From the NCBI GenBank assembly GCA_951406725.2, contig OX597816.1, positions 178,126,001 to 178,190,000 on the forward strand: a stretch of DNA of 64,000 nt, given 5' to 3'. The position numbers and the translations under genes are program-made. The stretch is from Octopus vulgaris (taxonomy: Eukaryota). Below the pieces are notes generated by a model. It worked only from the letters and a program-made list of their open reading frames with translations. It was not told the DNA's origin and made no database searches. Below, piece by piece: positions 42,826 to 55,353 of this stretch (positions within the stretch are counted from its first letter, which is position 1; every line of letters begins with the position of its first letter).

Positions 42826-44215
42826 TGTTGCATAGTGAAACTGTACACCTCACCCGGTAAAAAAAAGTGGTAGTAACCAGCCATTATATATAGATAGACC
42901 AGTAGCGGTCGACAAGCATCGGGAAGATCGAGAGTACGTGTAGACTCTGTTGATAGTCGTGTCTGTGATTATATAATAATTATACTATGATACTGAGGAG
43001 ATTTTTAAAAATCCAACCGTTTGAGGATAATAACACTACGACTGGGGTCTTACAGTACCAGATAGAAGCATTCTATCGACGACTTTGGAATCTAACAATA
43101 TCTGTTAAAAGACAGGTACAACAGTGGTAAAAGACCGCTTTGCAACATTTCCCAGGAGTAGTTTAAATTAAATCAAGTGGAAAATTAAATACCTCGACAA
43201 AAAAGAAACAAAAGTTTTGTGCGAAGTTACGAAAATCGTAAAATATGGAAGACGTTAGCTGAGATAGTTGAGTCCCAAAAGACAGCAACAACAACTCAAG
43301 GAACTACAAGAACAACAAGAATTGCAGCAGTAAGTGTTGTATCTAATGAAGTTGATTACCAAACTGGAGAATACATTTTCGCCTGACCACGTAGCAAATT
43401 CAAATATTACCCTGAAGAAGATGTAACCTTCGAGGCTTACTTCCGAAGATTTCAACAAATCTTTGAAAAAGAATCCCAGGATTGGGTGGATGATATGAAA
43501 ACGCGTCTAGTATTAAGAAAACTAGGGACAGCAGAGCATGAGAAGTATAGTAATTTCATATTGCCAAAAAATTCGTCCATCATAAATTTCACCGACACAG
43601 TTGACATTTTGTGCAAAATGTTTAGTGAAAAAAGTTCATTGTTTTATACTAGATGGAAATTTTTAAACATAGAAAAGAGCAAAGATGAAGACTTCACTAC
43701 TTACACAAGCAGAGTCAACAAATAATGTGAGAGACTTACGCTAGGTATGCTTACTTCAGATTCTTTTAAGTGTTTGATTTTTGCACAAGGATTGTCAGAT
43801 AGAAGAAATGCAGAAATCCGAATGAATATTCTACCAAAACTGGAAATGAACCAGTATTTGACATTGCAGACACTATCGGAAGAGTGTGGTAGAATATTAA
43901 GATTAAGGCATGACACGGAAGAAATTCAACGGAAAGTGTTTCCACATAAGACCTGTGCAAAAAATAGACAAATAAAGTGTTGCTGTAAAAACAGAAAAAA
44001 TATCAGGATATAGACCCACGTATGACATGTGGTGGGATGCACCTGAAAAAAGATTGTCTGTATAAAAAAGTAGTGTTTCCTCTGTGGGTTTACAGGACAT
44101 TAAATCACACTGCAGAATTAGAAGGGTAGGAAAATGGAAAAAAATTTTTAAATAAATAGTTTGTCAGCAGGAAAAGCTGTGACTATAACAAACTGAAAAT
44201 TCGTGAGGGTGAGAA
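42826..44215 (+). mobile_element. Gypsy (Mag-like) LTR retrotransposon fragment: possible LTR and decayed gag
   Basis: FEAYFRRFQQIF...RLVLRKLGTAEHEKYSNFILPK...SLFYTRW...FKCLIFAQGL...NAEIR, then CGGMH..DC and C..CG..GH knuckles. TG-starting LTR-like segment at ~42826-42991. Confidence 0.82.
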
Positions 44216-44574
44216 ATGAAATCACTTGAGCTCGTTTATTCTTGTCAAAATCCTTAGTTCTTGGACAGAAGCTCAGTCCAAGCGCCAAGACAGAGGCATT
44301 GTCGGGTGAAAGTTTTAGTTTAGATAAATTTATGACCGACTTATTCTCAAGTGTGATGGATTTTCTTGGGCAATTGGTTTTCAGAGTCTTACTCTCATTA
44401 GATTCCTGACTACCTTTTGGGTTTTACTCGAAATCTTCACTTAAAATATGGGACGTTTTGGGTGATAAAAATTGTTCTTCGTGTGAGAAGTCATAATTTT
44501 TAATCGTCTTTCTAGATATAGAAAGTGAGTGACTTCTGTGGGTTTTCTAGGCATTTGAAAAACCTTTACTTTCG

Positions 44575-45035
44575 GGAAAGGAACAAATTTATTGTTTTCG
44601 AGGCAAGATCTTAAATGTGCTCGCATTTTTGACTGACCAAATAAAAACTTTCCTGGAACGTTTCCAATGACCAGTTCAAATGCGTACGCCAGGGAAAATA
44701 TGCCACAATCATATGCATCAACTTGGGGATTAGTAATATGAACTTTGAACTGTGGGGATTATGTTTGTTTGTGGTAAGTACAGGATTGTTATTTGTGCTA
44801 TTAGACCCTGTGGTACTGGTAAGTTCAAACTGTCATAGATATAAACATCTCTGAAAAAATTATTCGACGAAACAAAATGATTGTTCCTGGTGTGGTGAAT
44901 GAACAGTGTGCAGTGTGGATCGTATGTTAGAAATTCCGTGTGAGAAAAAAAAAGTTGCTTGTATTGGAATTTCAGGAAATTTTTTTGCTACGATTTTCAA
45001 CCTAGCGTCAATAAGTTTGTCACAACATTTGTCCC
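44575..45035 (-). pseudogene. Ulp1/SENP-like (peptidase C48) domain, frameshifted
   Basis: DKLIDARLKIVAKKFPEI ... LFIHHTRNNHFVSSNNFFRDVYIYDSLNL ... PQVDAYDCGIFSLAYAFELVIGNVPGKFLFGQSKMRAHLRSCLENNKFVPFP gives the His...Asp...Gln-x4-DC order typical of clan CE proteases. Confidence 0.8.
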
Positions 45036-46126
45036 GAAAGTAAAAACGACTTCTCCTCATATTTCAAAGCATATGTTCGCAATCAAAATTTTCCTTTGTC
45101 CATTGTCTCATAGGAATGGGAAATCAGCTTTTTCGCCTTCTTTTCCTTTTTTGCCTTCAGAGCCGAAATTTCCTTTTTTTTTTTTTTTCAAAGTTCATCA
45201 ATTATACAAATAGTTCAAACAAACCTGTTCAAGGACACTCAAAATCTCCTTAATGTCTGCATCAAGCAATACTAATTCTGAACGATGGTCTTCAATAATA
45301 GCTTCCATTATGTTAAATGAATTGCTCTCACCAATCAATTTAAACTTTGAAGCAAGAAATAGTAAATGGTTTTTGATTTTATCACGAAAACGATTAAGTT
45401 TTTTTTACTGATAGAAAGCTCGATTTCTCATTTTCTGATTCGCATTTGCATGGTACAAAATCCATTGGCCCAGGATTGGGCTCAACACTGGGGTCTAGCG
45501 AAATTAACAGGGTTGACAAGCCAACTGTAAGAAGGGTTAAAACACAAAAGCTGTAATTTACATGACGATTTTCCTTAGACACCCGGCTGTTCTGGTAACT
45601 TCCAGAATTTCTAAATGTTCCGGTTCTTATTTGGGATAATATCCATCATTTTCTCAATCTATTTGATTTTGATATTTTAAAAGGGTTTAAAAACCTTTAA
45701 AAGGGTTGACGTAACTCTTCACAAAGGTAAACAGACAAGACGAAGAGCGCGATGCGACTGCAATGGATATTTTATTGGTTGAACGATACTTCGATGACAT
45801 CATTAGTCTTTAAGTTTCAATTTCACACCTGGCGAAAAGAAAAAGAAAGAAAAAGGAAAAGGATAAAGAAGAATATTTAATCAAACAGTTTTGGGTAAAT
45901 TTGATGAAATTCTCCTGTCACTTTATTCATTCCTCCACGTCGTGATGTTAATAGCCGCAAGCATATTTTAAGTACTGAAGGTGTATCAAACTCAGAATAT
46001 TTTATGAGATTAATCACTTTCAAATCATTTTCAAAATTTCAGCCGCTTGATGCAAAATGATCGGCAAGTTCTATCGAACCACTGTTATTGTGCCTGGTGT
46101 CATATCTGTGCCCTTTAAATCTTGTC

Positions 46127-46127
<1 letters not shown>

Positions 46128-46196
<69 letters not shown>

Positions 46197-46614
46197 ATTA
46201 TTATTATTTACTTTTAATCTGCATGTTTGTTACACTCACTCACCGAGACACACACAGCGTCCTAGGGCGAGTGAAGGATAAGAGGTGTTGCAGTATGACT
46301 GTAAGCTTGGGGAGGAGAAGTGGCAGGGGCATTAGCAAAATATCTTCATGTAATACAACATAAGCAATTAAATTGATAGGGGTTTTCTAAGGATGTGGAC
46401 AGTACTTGTCAGCAAAATCTTTTGGATTTCTCTGAGACATGGTTCTCCTGGGATATTATCTAGATGTTTCTGATACCTCTTTCTTATCAAGCCAAGGGCA
46501 CCCTCAATAACAACAACAGTTATTGCTTTTAGATGCTACATCTTTTGTATTTCAATCCCGGTCTTTATATTTACTTAATTTGTCAAATTCTTTTACAGAT
46601 ATTTATCAGTGGCA

Positions 46615-46675
<61 letters not shown>

Positions 46676-47175
46676 GAGTGAGAGATTATTATTATTGAGT
46701 GACAACAAACAGCTAAGAAAATTTCATTGAAGAACATCGGGACATGCTCTGTCGATTATAATGCAGGTTCTTTCTTTTTTCCACCACAACAATGTCCGGT
46801 TTCCGATGTGTGGTCAGGTGATCGCATTGGATCTTTGTATCCTACAGGATTTTGCAATTTTCATTTCTCGGTGACTCCTTTTGGGGTTTTCTCATACCAC
46901 ATCTTTGTTCTTTGTAGGCCGTGATTTCCACAGAGTTCCCAATGGATCATTCTTGACAACATTGTCATGGCGTCTTTTATAATCGCGTTGTGCTAATTTC
47001 AAGCATTCGCTAATGATGTGCCATACCGTTTCACCCCTCTCACCACACATTCTGTATTTGTCGCTGTCGGTAGTGTTGTCGATTCTGCACTTTACACAGT
47101 TAGTCCTTAGCGCTTGTTCTTGAACTACGCATATATGTGCTTCTGTCTCTATCTTCAGGTCACTCCTCCTCATCT
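46128..47175 (-). mobile_element. R4/Dong-like LINE 3' end: zinc knuckle, RLE endonuclease, 3' UTR, (TAA)n tail
   Basis: ETEAHICVVQEQAL...MCGERGETVWHIISECLKLAQRDYKRRHDNV; WYEKTPK; HRKPDIVVV..CIIID; KEFDKLSKYKD; VVIEGALGLI; IQKILLTSTVHILRK. (TTA)n at 46128-46208 and 46616-46676. Confidence 0.9.
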
Positions 47176-47549
47176 ATAGACACCTGTCTTCTTTATCTGT
47201 CTTGGTATTTGTATCTCTTGCAAACTGACCGTACATTGTTTTTCCTTCTACACTTTTTCTTTACTACTACTACTATTTCGCTTAGGCATAGCGATACTAA
47301 TAACCTGGTAGTAGAACTCATATGCATATGCTTCAGAATAAAAGCGTCAGTCGAGTACTTGTGTGTCACTCTATAGGTTAATCGGAGTTTCAGAAGTGAA
47401 GTGCACTTCCTTTTTGAAGCTCCCAAGGAGCCATAGGGTGGTACACAAGCACTCAGCTATGATCGCATTGCATCTTATCGTAGAAACACCAATAAGCTAA
47501 TGAAATTCATAACGTAATTTATTTAATTTCTGAGTTATATATATATATG

Positions 47550-47589
<40 letters not shown>

Positions 47590-47838
47590 TTATTTGAGGG
47601 AATAAAATCCAAACTTACAAGGAAAAAGAATTCAATTTAGAAATACTAAATCAAATTCCACACAATATAATATATATATAAAATATTAGAAAAACACCTT
47701 TTATCAATTCAAAATGAATAATTAAATTACACCATCTAGAAAATTACATATAATAGAAAAGTTTAAATTAAAATAACAATTAAAAAGTAAAGATTAAGTA
47801 AATTACAAAAATAATATAATGTATATAATAGGTAGAAA

Positions 47839-47925
47839 AACGACACGTGTTTCGCTGCTATATTTAAGAAATGATTATAGTAGTAGAGAAATCACTTGCA
47901 TATAAATATAGTCACTCATCAGGTT
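47839..47925 (-). ncRNA. Hammerhead with expanded stem II
   Basis: AAC-CTGATGA-GTGACTATATTTA...TAAATATAGCAGC-GAAAC-ACGT-GTC-GTT. Confidence 0.72.
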
Positions 47926-47964
47926 AAAAATATAACAGAACAATTAATTAATAAATATACTTTA

Positions 47965-48031
<67 letters not shown>

Positions 48032-48334
48032 AAAATTCTATATATACATAATTGAAAAATAAAATAATACTTCAATAATTAAATAGTTTAAAATTAAATA
48101 AAATACACAAAGCTATTACAAGTCATTAAATTGTAATCAAAATAAGAAATGGTTCAAATATAGACAAACTCCTTAAATAAGCTAACCATATAATAAATAT
48201 ACATGTGTAGTATCTATAGATTTAATATAACAAACTATAACAAAATAGACTAAATATCAAATAATATAATACCTAATTAACTTCAATTTATTATTACAAA
48301 TACATAATCCACCTATATATCAATAAATAATATA

Positions 48335-48465
<131 letters not shown>

Positions 48466-49165
48466 GCGAGAATAATATGTTAATGGAAAGTAAGAAACCT
48501 ATCAATCCCAAATTAAAGAAAGGTGCTAAAATATTCAAACCAAAGAACAATACACTATGAAGATGTACAATCACAATCACCAGTCCTCTACAAAACCAGT
48601 CAATAACAATAACAATAATTAAAACGATCAAAGTTAAAATAATAGCAAGTACTAACTAATATTGATAAGCAAACTAAATTACTAAGTTCAACGATTCTGA
48701 TCAATCTATCTAGATTTTAAAACGATAAGCGTCTAATTAATCAACCCAATCAATTTCACTCATGAAAATCCAATCAAAACTTTGAAAAAGTACAAATACA
48801 CTCAAATACATTATATAAACTCGATATATTAATATCCATGTATAAAATCTATAGATTTAATATATCACACGATAAAAAGTTAAACATAAACATTATATTA
48901 AAATAAAAACTAGTTTATTTTTTAAAAAAGTACCATTTAATGAAAATATTATCTAATTATTATTAAAAAAATGCTAACCATTATAAATTCTCAAATTAAA
49001 TATGTAAAACGTAAAATCTTTTATAATAATTAAACATCGGACGTAAAAAATAATATCAAGAAACTATAAATAAATAAGAATATTACATCAAACAAAAATA
49101 ATATCAACAATAATAATAATTTCAAAAACACAACGGTTCAATAATCAAATGAAATAGAGAATATT

Positions 49166-49430
49166 TATAAGAATTTTTTGCGTAATGAGATAAAAAAAAA
49201 CCCAAGGCTGTGTAGATATCAGAAACTATAAATGTTCTAATATCTACACAGCCTTGGGGTTTTTTTATCTCATTACGTAAAAAATTCTTATATACACACG
49301 CTGACATAGGACCAACGTTGAACCCTTTATTCGCAAAATTACTGAACCTAGAACTTAACTATGGTCTGTCTATAACACTTATTCAGTATTACCTGACACC
49401 TTTGGGTCTCAATGACACCATTACCTCTTA
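49166..49430. mobile_element. Short fold-back (49166-49292) plus tail; same family as 13474-15030
   Basis: Shared AAGAATTTTTTGCGTAATG..CCAAGGCTGTGTAG arm and ACACACGCTGACATA...CAATGACACCATTAC tail. Confidence 0.82.
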
Positions 49431-49438
49431 TAATCTAA

Positions 49439-49472
<34 letters not shown>

Positions 49473-49626
49473 GTGTGTGTGTGTGTGGACTAATGGGTGT
49501 ATATCGATTAGTGTGTTGAAGTGTTGAGTAGAGCACTGGCACAGTTTGGGCTACTTGATGTCATCCGCTGTTGAGATGTGTTTCCGTTAGATCTGCTTCA
49601 GGAACTCCGCAGTATTAGTTGAGATA

Positions 49627-50072
49627 ATGATAATTTATTAATTAACCAGAAAATGGATTTGGTATTAATCTTTATTTTGTACTACGATCGTTTCGACCCA
49701 TCCTGCAGCTGTCGATTATGTATGGAACTCCGTTCAACTTGTTGTATTGCATCCATTTTGCAAACTGGGTCTCATCAGGTGCACCCATGCATAAAGTTGT
49801 GCCTCACTAAAGATCCTGAATTCAGGCTGTCATGTTGTTATGTGCCCGTCTGGTTGGAGAATCAACATGACAGACTAAACTCAGGATCTTTAGCGAGACA
49901 CAACTTCATGGATGGATGCATCTGATGAGAGTCAGACTGCAAATAGATGCAATACAACATGTTGAACGGAGTTCCATACATAAGGGACAGCTGCAGGATG
50001 GGTCGAAACGATCGTAGTACAAAATAAAGATTAATACCAAATCCATTTTCTGGCTACTTAATAAATTAGCAT
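49627..50072. mobile_element. Fold-back element (arms ~49627-49838 / ~49863-50072) with paired hammerheads
   Basis: ~210 bp diverged inverted arms. Confidence 0.82.
49678..49783 (-). ncRNA. Hammerhead with expanded stem II (mirror copy ~49917-50021 +)
   Basis: TGCAC-CTGATGA-GACCCA...TGGGTC-GAAAC-GATC-GTA-GTACA. Confidence 0.75.
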
Positions 50073-50074
50073 TA

Positions 50075-51288
50075 TATAATTACAGCTTGAATTCTACGAG
50101 TTATGGACTCGTAAAAAGTTTGGATTGTTTCCGAAGGAATTTTTGTCCCCTCTTCAGCTAAAACAGTCTCCAGTTCTTGTAGTGATGATAGCAGAGGATA
50201 TCGACTCCTTACTTGTTTTTCTAAAATGCACCATAAATGTTCAACAATATTGAGATCTGGGGACTGTGATGACCAGATAAGATGTTCAACTTCACTAGAA
50301 TGTTCCTCATGCCATTCAATAACAACTTTAGCTGTGTGAATTGATGCATTATCATCCTGAAAGATTGTTTCCCTCCGGAAACGCAACCACAGGATGAATC
50401 TGATCAGATAAAATGCTTAAATAGTCTTGACTATTAATTCTACCACGAAGGGAAACTAGTAGGCCGGTGGATTTCCAAGATATAGCCCTCCACCACCAGA
50501 TCATCACAGATCCTCCTCCATGTTTAACAGTTGGAAGAAGGCAGTCTGGGTCAAATGCTTCTTTTGGCTGTCTCCACACGTATACTCGGCCGGTGGTCGA
50601 AAATAAGGTAAAGGATGACTCGTCCAAGAAAATAACATTCTTTCACTGCTCTAGGGACCAATTCTGTTGGTTTTTACTCCACCCTAAACGCTTTGCAACG
50701 TTTGTTTTTGAAAGTAGTGGTTTTCTGATTGAAGCACCTCCCGTCAACTCCGGCTTTCTGCAGCTCCCGGGGAAACAGTTTTTGTGGAAACTGGGTTCTC
50801 GAGGGGGTCATTAAGCTCTGCAGTAATTTTGGGAGCTGTTCTTTTGTGATCCTTTCTAATAATTCGCGTAAGAGTCCGACGGTCCCTATCTGAAAATTTT
50901 GTTTTCTTCCGGAGTTTTCTTTCGACGAGGAAGTTTTTACCTCTTTCTCAAAGGTTGTCATTACTTTCGAGACAGTACTTCTTAATACACCAATAGACCA
51001 AACTTTTCGGCTGTTTTCTTTACGCCTGCCATACGAACACCAGCAATTTGACCTCTTTGAAAATCCGATGGATCTGTCATTTTAATGAATTTTAATTACC
51101 TTTTTCTAATGATATCTGAAAAGAAACAGCAATTTTAGCAAAACATAGTACGAAACACTAATAATAAAGCAAAAAACATAAAATTAAACAAGCTTTTGAC
51201 GGTTTTATAGATATAAATTTATGATAAATTTATAAATTATGATGCTATGGATGCTAGGTGTTTCCATTATTTTATCCAACTCTCGTAT
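50075..51288 (-). mobile_element. Tc1-like transposon, decayed transposase (ATG at 51080)
   Basis: MTDPSDFQRGQI; DESSFTLF; TVKHGGGSVMIW; FQDDNASIH; SPDLNIVEHLW. One TIR, TACGAGAGTTGGATAAAATAATGGAAACACC, at 51288-51258; the 3' end is lost. Confidence 0.93.
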
Positions 51289-51323
51289 ATATATATATAT
51301 ATAAAATATGTATGTATGTATGC

Positions 51324-51535
<212 letters not shown>

Positions 51536-51612
51536 CCGGAGTAAACAGATAAATGTGAAACAAGGTGGAAAAAAAGAGCACTCAAATACCAGGGGTAGAG
51601 TAATATGCTTTA

Positions 51613-51721
51613 TTTAAAAGCAGCAGAAATTCAACAAAACCTGTTTCTCGGAGTTTTACTTCCCGTTCGTCGAGCGGGAACGTGAAACTCCGAGTAACAG
51701 GTTTTGTTGAATTTCTGCTGC

Positions 51722-51727
<6 letters not shown>
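51613..51727. repeat. Hairpin folded inside a hammerhead-like motif
   Basis: Arms AAAAGCAGCAGAAATTCAACAAAACCTGTT.. / ..AACAGGTTTTGTTGAATTTCTGCTGCTTTT. The right arm has GAAA-CTC-C-GAG-TA-ACAG; the left arm (minus) has CGACGA-ACGGGAA. Confidence 0.8.
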
Positions 51728-51762
<35 letters not shown>

Positions 51763-51927
51763 TATATATATATAATTGTTTGTTCAGGTTCAGAGGTTTA
51801 GAAAAACATTAGCATTTCGAATAAGCTATTCGAAGTGTTAGAACAGGGAATTCAAGAAAAACCTTTTTGCTGGACTTACCGAATACACACAGACACACAC
51901 ACACACACAGACACACACACACACACA

Positions 51928-51973
<46 letters not shown>

Positions 51974-52147
51974 CGCACACATATGCACGCACACACATAC
52001 ACATATGCACGCGTGCATGCACACTCATACACACATACATGCGCCCGCGCACACACACACACAATCACTCACATACACACATCCAGACACACATATATAT
52101 ATATATATATATATTAATCAAAATAAAAACATGATGCCAAGGATTCA

Positions 52148-52225
52148 GCGGTACATATGTTTCGGGCCTTTATTAGACGGATTTATAACAATGCATAATG
52201 TGTGTCTATGGCCTTCTTCAGCCGC
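52148..52225 (-). ncRNA. Type I hammerhead ribozyme (left arm)
   Basis: Reverse complement of 52427-52504. Confidence 0.8.
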
Positions 52226-52426
52226 GCACAATTACTACCTCAAGGACATGTATTACACCAAAAAATTCTACGTTGGGGATGCAAATCCTCTCAGTCGCGT
52301 ACGACATAATGCGGTACGCTTCATTTTTGTGCTGGTACTGCATTATGTCGTACGCGACTGAGAGGATTTGCATCCCCAACGTAGAATTTTTTGGTGTAAT
52401 ACATGTCCTTGAGGTAGTAATTGTGC

Positions 52427-52504
52427 GCGGCTGAAGAAGGCCATAGACACACATTATGCATTGTTATAAATCCGTCTAATAAAGGCCCGAAACATATGTA
52501 CCGC
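52427..52504 (+). ncRNA. Type I hammerhead ribozyme (right arm)
   Basis: GCGG-CTGAAGA-A-GGCC-ATAGAC...GTCTA..GGCC-C-GAAAC-ATAT-GTA-CCGC. Confidence 0.8.
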
Positions 52505-52634
52505 TGAATCCTTGGCATCATGTTTTTATTTTGATTAATTTACTCCACCACCTACACCACCAAACGGTATATACAGGTGCTTACAATTATCAAGTACTCA
52601 CCTTGAATTTTTATATATACTCTTTCTCTCTTTC

Positions 52635-53031
52635 TCTTTTACTCGTTTCAGTCATTTAACTGCGGCCATGCTGGAGCACCGCCTTTAATCGAGCAACTCG
52701 ACCCCGGGACTTATTCTTTGTAAGCACAGTACTTATTCTATCGGTCACTTTTTGCCGAACCGCTAAGTGACGGGGATATAAACACACCAGCATCGGTTGT
52801 CAAGCAATGCTAGGGGGACAAACACAAACATACACGCACACACACATATACATATATATATACATATATACGACAGGCTTCTTTCAGTTTCCGTCTACCA
52901 AATCCACTCACAAGGCTTTGGTCGGCCCAAGGCTATAGTATAAGACACTTACCCAAGGTGCCACGCAGTGGGACTGAACCCGGAACCATGTGGTTGGTAA
53001 ACAAGCTACTTACCACACAGCCACTCCTGCG

Positions 53032-53033
<2 letters not shown>
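52635..53033 (-). mobile_element. SINE family A
   Basis: Full-length match. Confidence 0.92.
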
Positions 53034-53072
<39 letters not shown>

Positions 53073-53399
53073 TCGTACATGTGTATATAAAAATAATGAA
53101 TATACTACGAATACCGAATAATCTTATTCTTCCGTCTCTGCAATTTTACGGTTGAAATATTCTCAATCTGATGTCTCTTCTTTCTCGATTCCAAAGTCAG
53201 TGAAACCATTCCAGGAAATGGTAGCCAAATCTCTCTCAAATCACATCCTGCCGTCTTTATAAAGGGAAACTATACAAAAGGTAGTCTTAGATACATTTCT
53301 GAATGAAAAGCGTAATAGCAGAAATGACTGCATATCAACCAAGTCTGCATATTAGCGATCAGAGCTCTTGGAACTAAATAACAACAACAACACGCGCGC

Positions 53400-53605
53400 A
53401 CATACATACATACATACATACATACAAACATACATACATACATGCATACATACATACATACATACATACATACATACATACATACATACATACATACATG
53501 CATACATACATACATACATACATGCATACATACATACATACATACATAAATACATACATACATACATACATACATACATACATACATACATAAATACATA
53601 CATAT

Positions 53606-53638
<33 letters not shown>

Positions 53639-53760
53639 CATACATACATACATACACACAAGCTTGCATTCATACATCCATCCATCCATACATACATACA
53701 TACATACATACATACATACATAAATACATACATACATACATACATACATACATACATAAA

Positions 53761-53794
<34 letters not shown>

Positions 53795-53950
53795 CATACA
53801 TACATATATATACATACATACATACATACAAACAAGCTTGCATTCATACATCCATCCATCCATCCATCCATCCATCCATACATACATACATACATACATA
53901 CATACATACATACATACATACATACATACATACATAAATACATACATACA

Positions 53951-53984
<34 letters not shown>

Positions 53985-54138
53985 CATACATACATATATA
54001 TACATACATACATACATACATACACACAAGCTTGCATTCATACATCCATCCATCCATCCATCCATACATACATACATACATACATACATACATACATACA
54101 TACATACATACATACATACATAAATACATACATATACA
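53400..54138 (+). repeat. (CATA)n array with higher-order unit
   Basis: CAAGCTTGCATTCATACATCCATCC recurs at ~53660, ~53833 and ~54027. Confidence 0.92.
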
Positions 54139-55214
54139 TCAACTACCCTTATGGAGACAAACTTCACGTTGGGCATTTATTTTTATTTTTTTCATTTTTC
54201 TCGTCTTTTCTCTCCTCTTTTCACTTTACACCCTATTTTGTAAGAAGACAATGTAGAAACCTTATATAAGAAAATGTATGTCTGCGAAATGCGAGATCTT
54301 AAACGATAAAAGTGCCAGGTTAGGGATCTCATCACAGACTGATTGAACCTGCAAGTGGTACTAAGAAACCAATAATACCTTTTCCATGATCGAGTAGTTG
54401 GCGGCTAAACTGTCTCCTTCACTTGAGTAGCGTACTACTCCTTTTGAGGAGAGTGTCTGGACACCCAGGAGGGATAAAAATAAGACCTGTCGAAGGTCAT
54501 CTAGTTAAGGAAGGCAATGACAGAACGAAACAACGCTAAAGCTTTATCCGATGGAAGAACTCACGCTTAATGGGAAAGACTTTCGTTGTAGAGTCATCAG
54601 CGCACTGGGAGAAGCGTGTGATGCATAGCGACGAAATATTTTTACTAACCTAAATAAATAGAACACCAGGAACTAGCAGTGTCTCATACGCTACCGCAAT
54701 ATAATTTGTATGGACCCTCGACTATAAGAAAATACGGTATGACAAAAACTATTTACTTGTCCGTTGAGGACTGTAGGTAATATGACCGCCACCCACTCCC
54801 ATTGCTAAAATGTTTTAACTCTTCATATGCCGTATCATACATGGCAAATACTCATATTTATATCATTAATGTATAGTAATTCTTTCATTACAACAGTAAC
54901 ATCTTTGTGTTTTTTTTGCTAAAATAATTTAGGTTTTTGTTTTTTGTTTTTTGAATTTTAAAGGAAAAACTAAGTGTATAGATATATACATATGTTAATT
55001 GCTAGCAAGGGCACAGTATTCCAATTTTCAATCACACTCCACTACCAAATATATTAAAGGTTTACAAATCGATATCGTGCCTTACTTTTGTGTTAGCAGC
55101 ACGATGTTCTCATTTTTATGTTTATTACTACGGATTCTCCATAAAATTTTGAGATAGCACGGAAAGTTGCGACGTTTCGTATACGAAAAAGTAAACAATG
55201 CGATCGAAAATAAT

Positions 55215-55353
55215 TATTTTAAATTTTTGCCACAAGGGCAACTTGGAGTAGTTGGGGATGAATCGATTACATCGACCTCAGTGTTCAACTGGTACTTATT
55301 TTATCGACCCAGAAAGGATGAAGGGCAAAGTCCACCTCGGCGGAATTTCAACT
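55215..55353 (-). mobile_element. SINE family B fragment flanked by a 19 bp duplication
   Basis: CAATGCGATCGAAAATAAT at ~55196 and ~55354. The host is an imperfect inverted repeat (~55157-55210 / 55529-55589). Confidence 0.7.

Larger units (their letters stand above)
42362..46010 (-). mobile_element. Penelope-like element remnant: direct-repeat pseudo-LTRs (42362-~42820, 45697-~46010) and decayed N-terminal ORF (~45582-44225)
   Basis: Direct repeats start TTAAAAGGGTTGACGTAACTCTTCACAAAGG. The ORF carries DPSVEPNPGP, a Ulp1-like protease, then VINLSKLKLSPDNASVLALGLSFCP (44336-44262). RT and EN are missing. Confidence 0.75.
52113..52612. mobile_element. Young fold-back element (arms 52113-52317 / 52335-52539; tail to ~52612)
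   Basis: ~200 bp arms that look perfectly complementary by eye; hammerhead in each. Confidence 0.88.
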
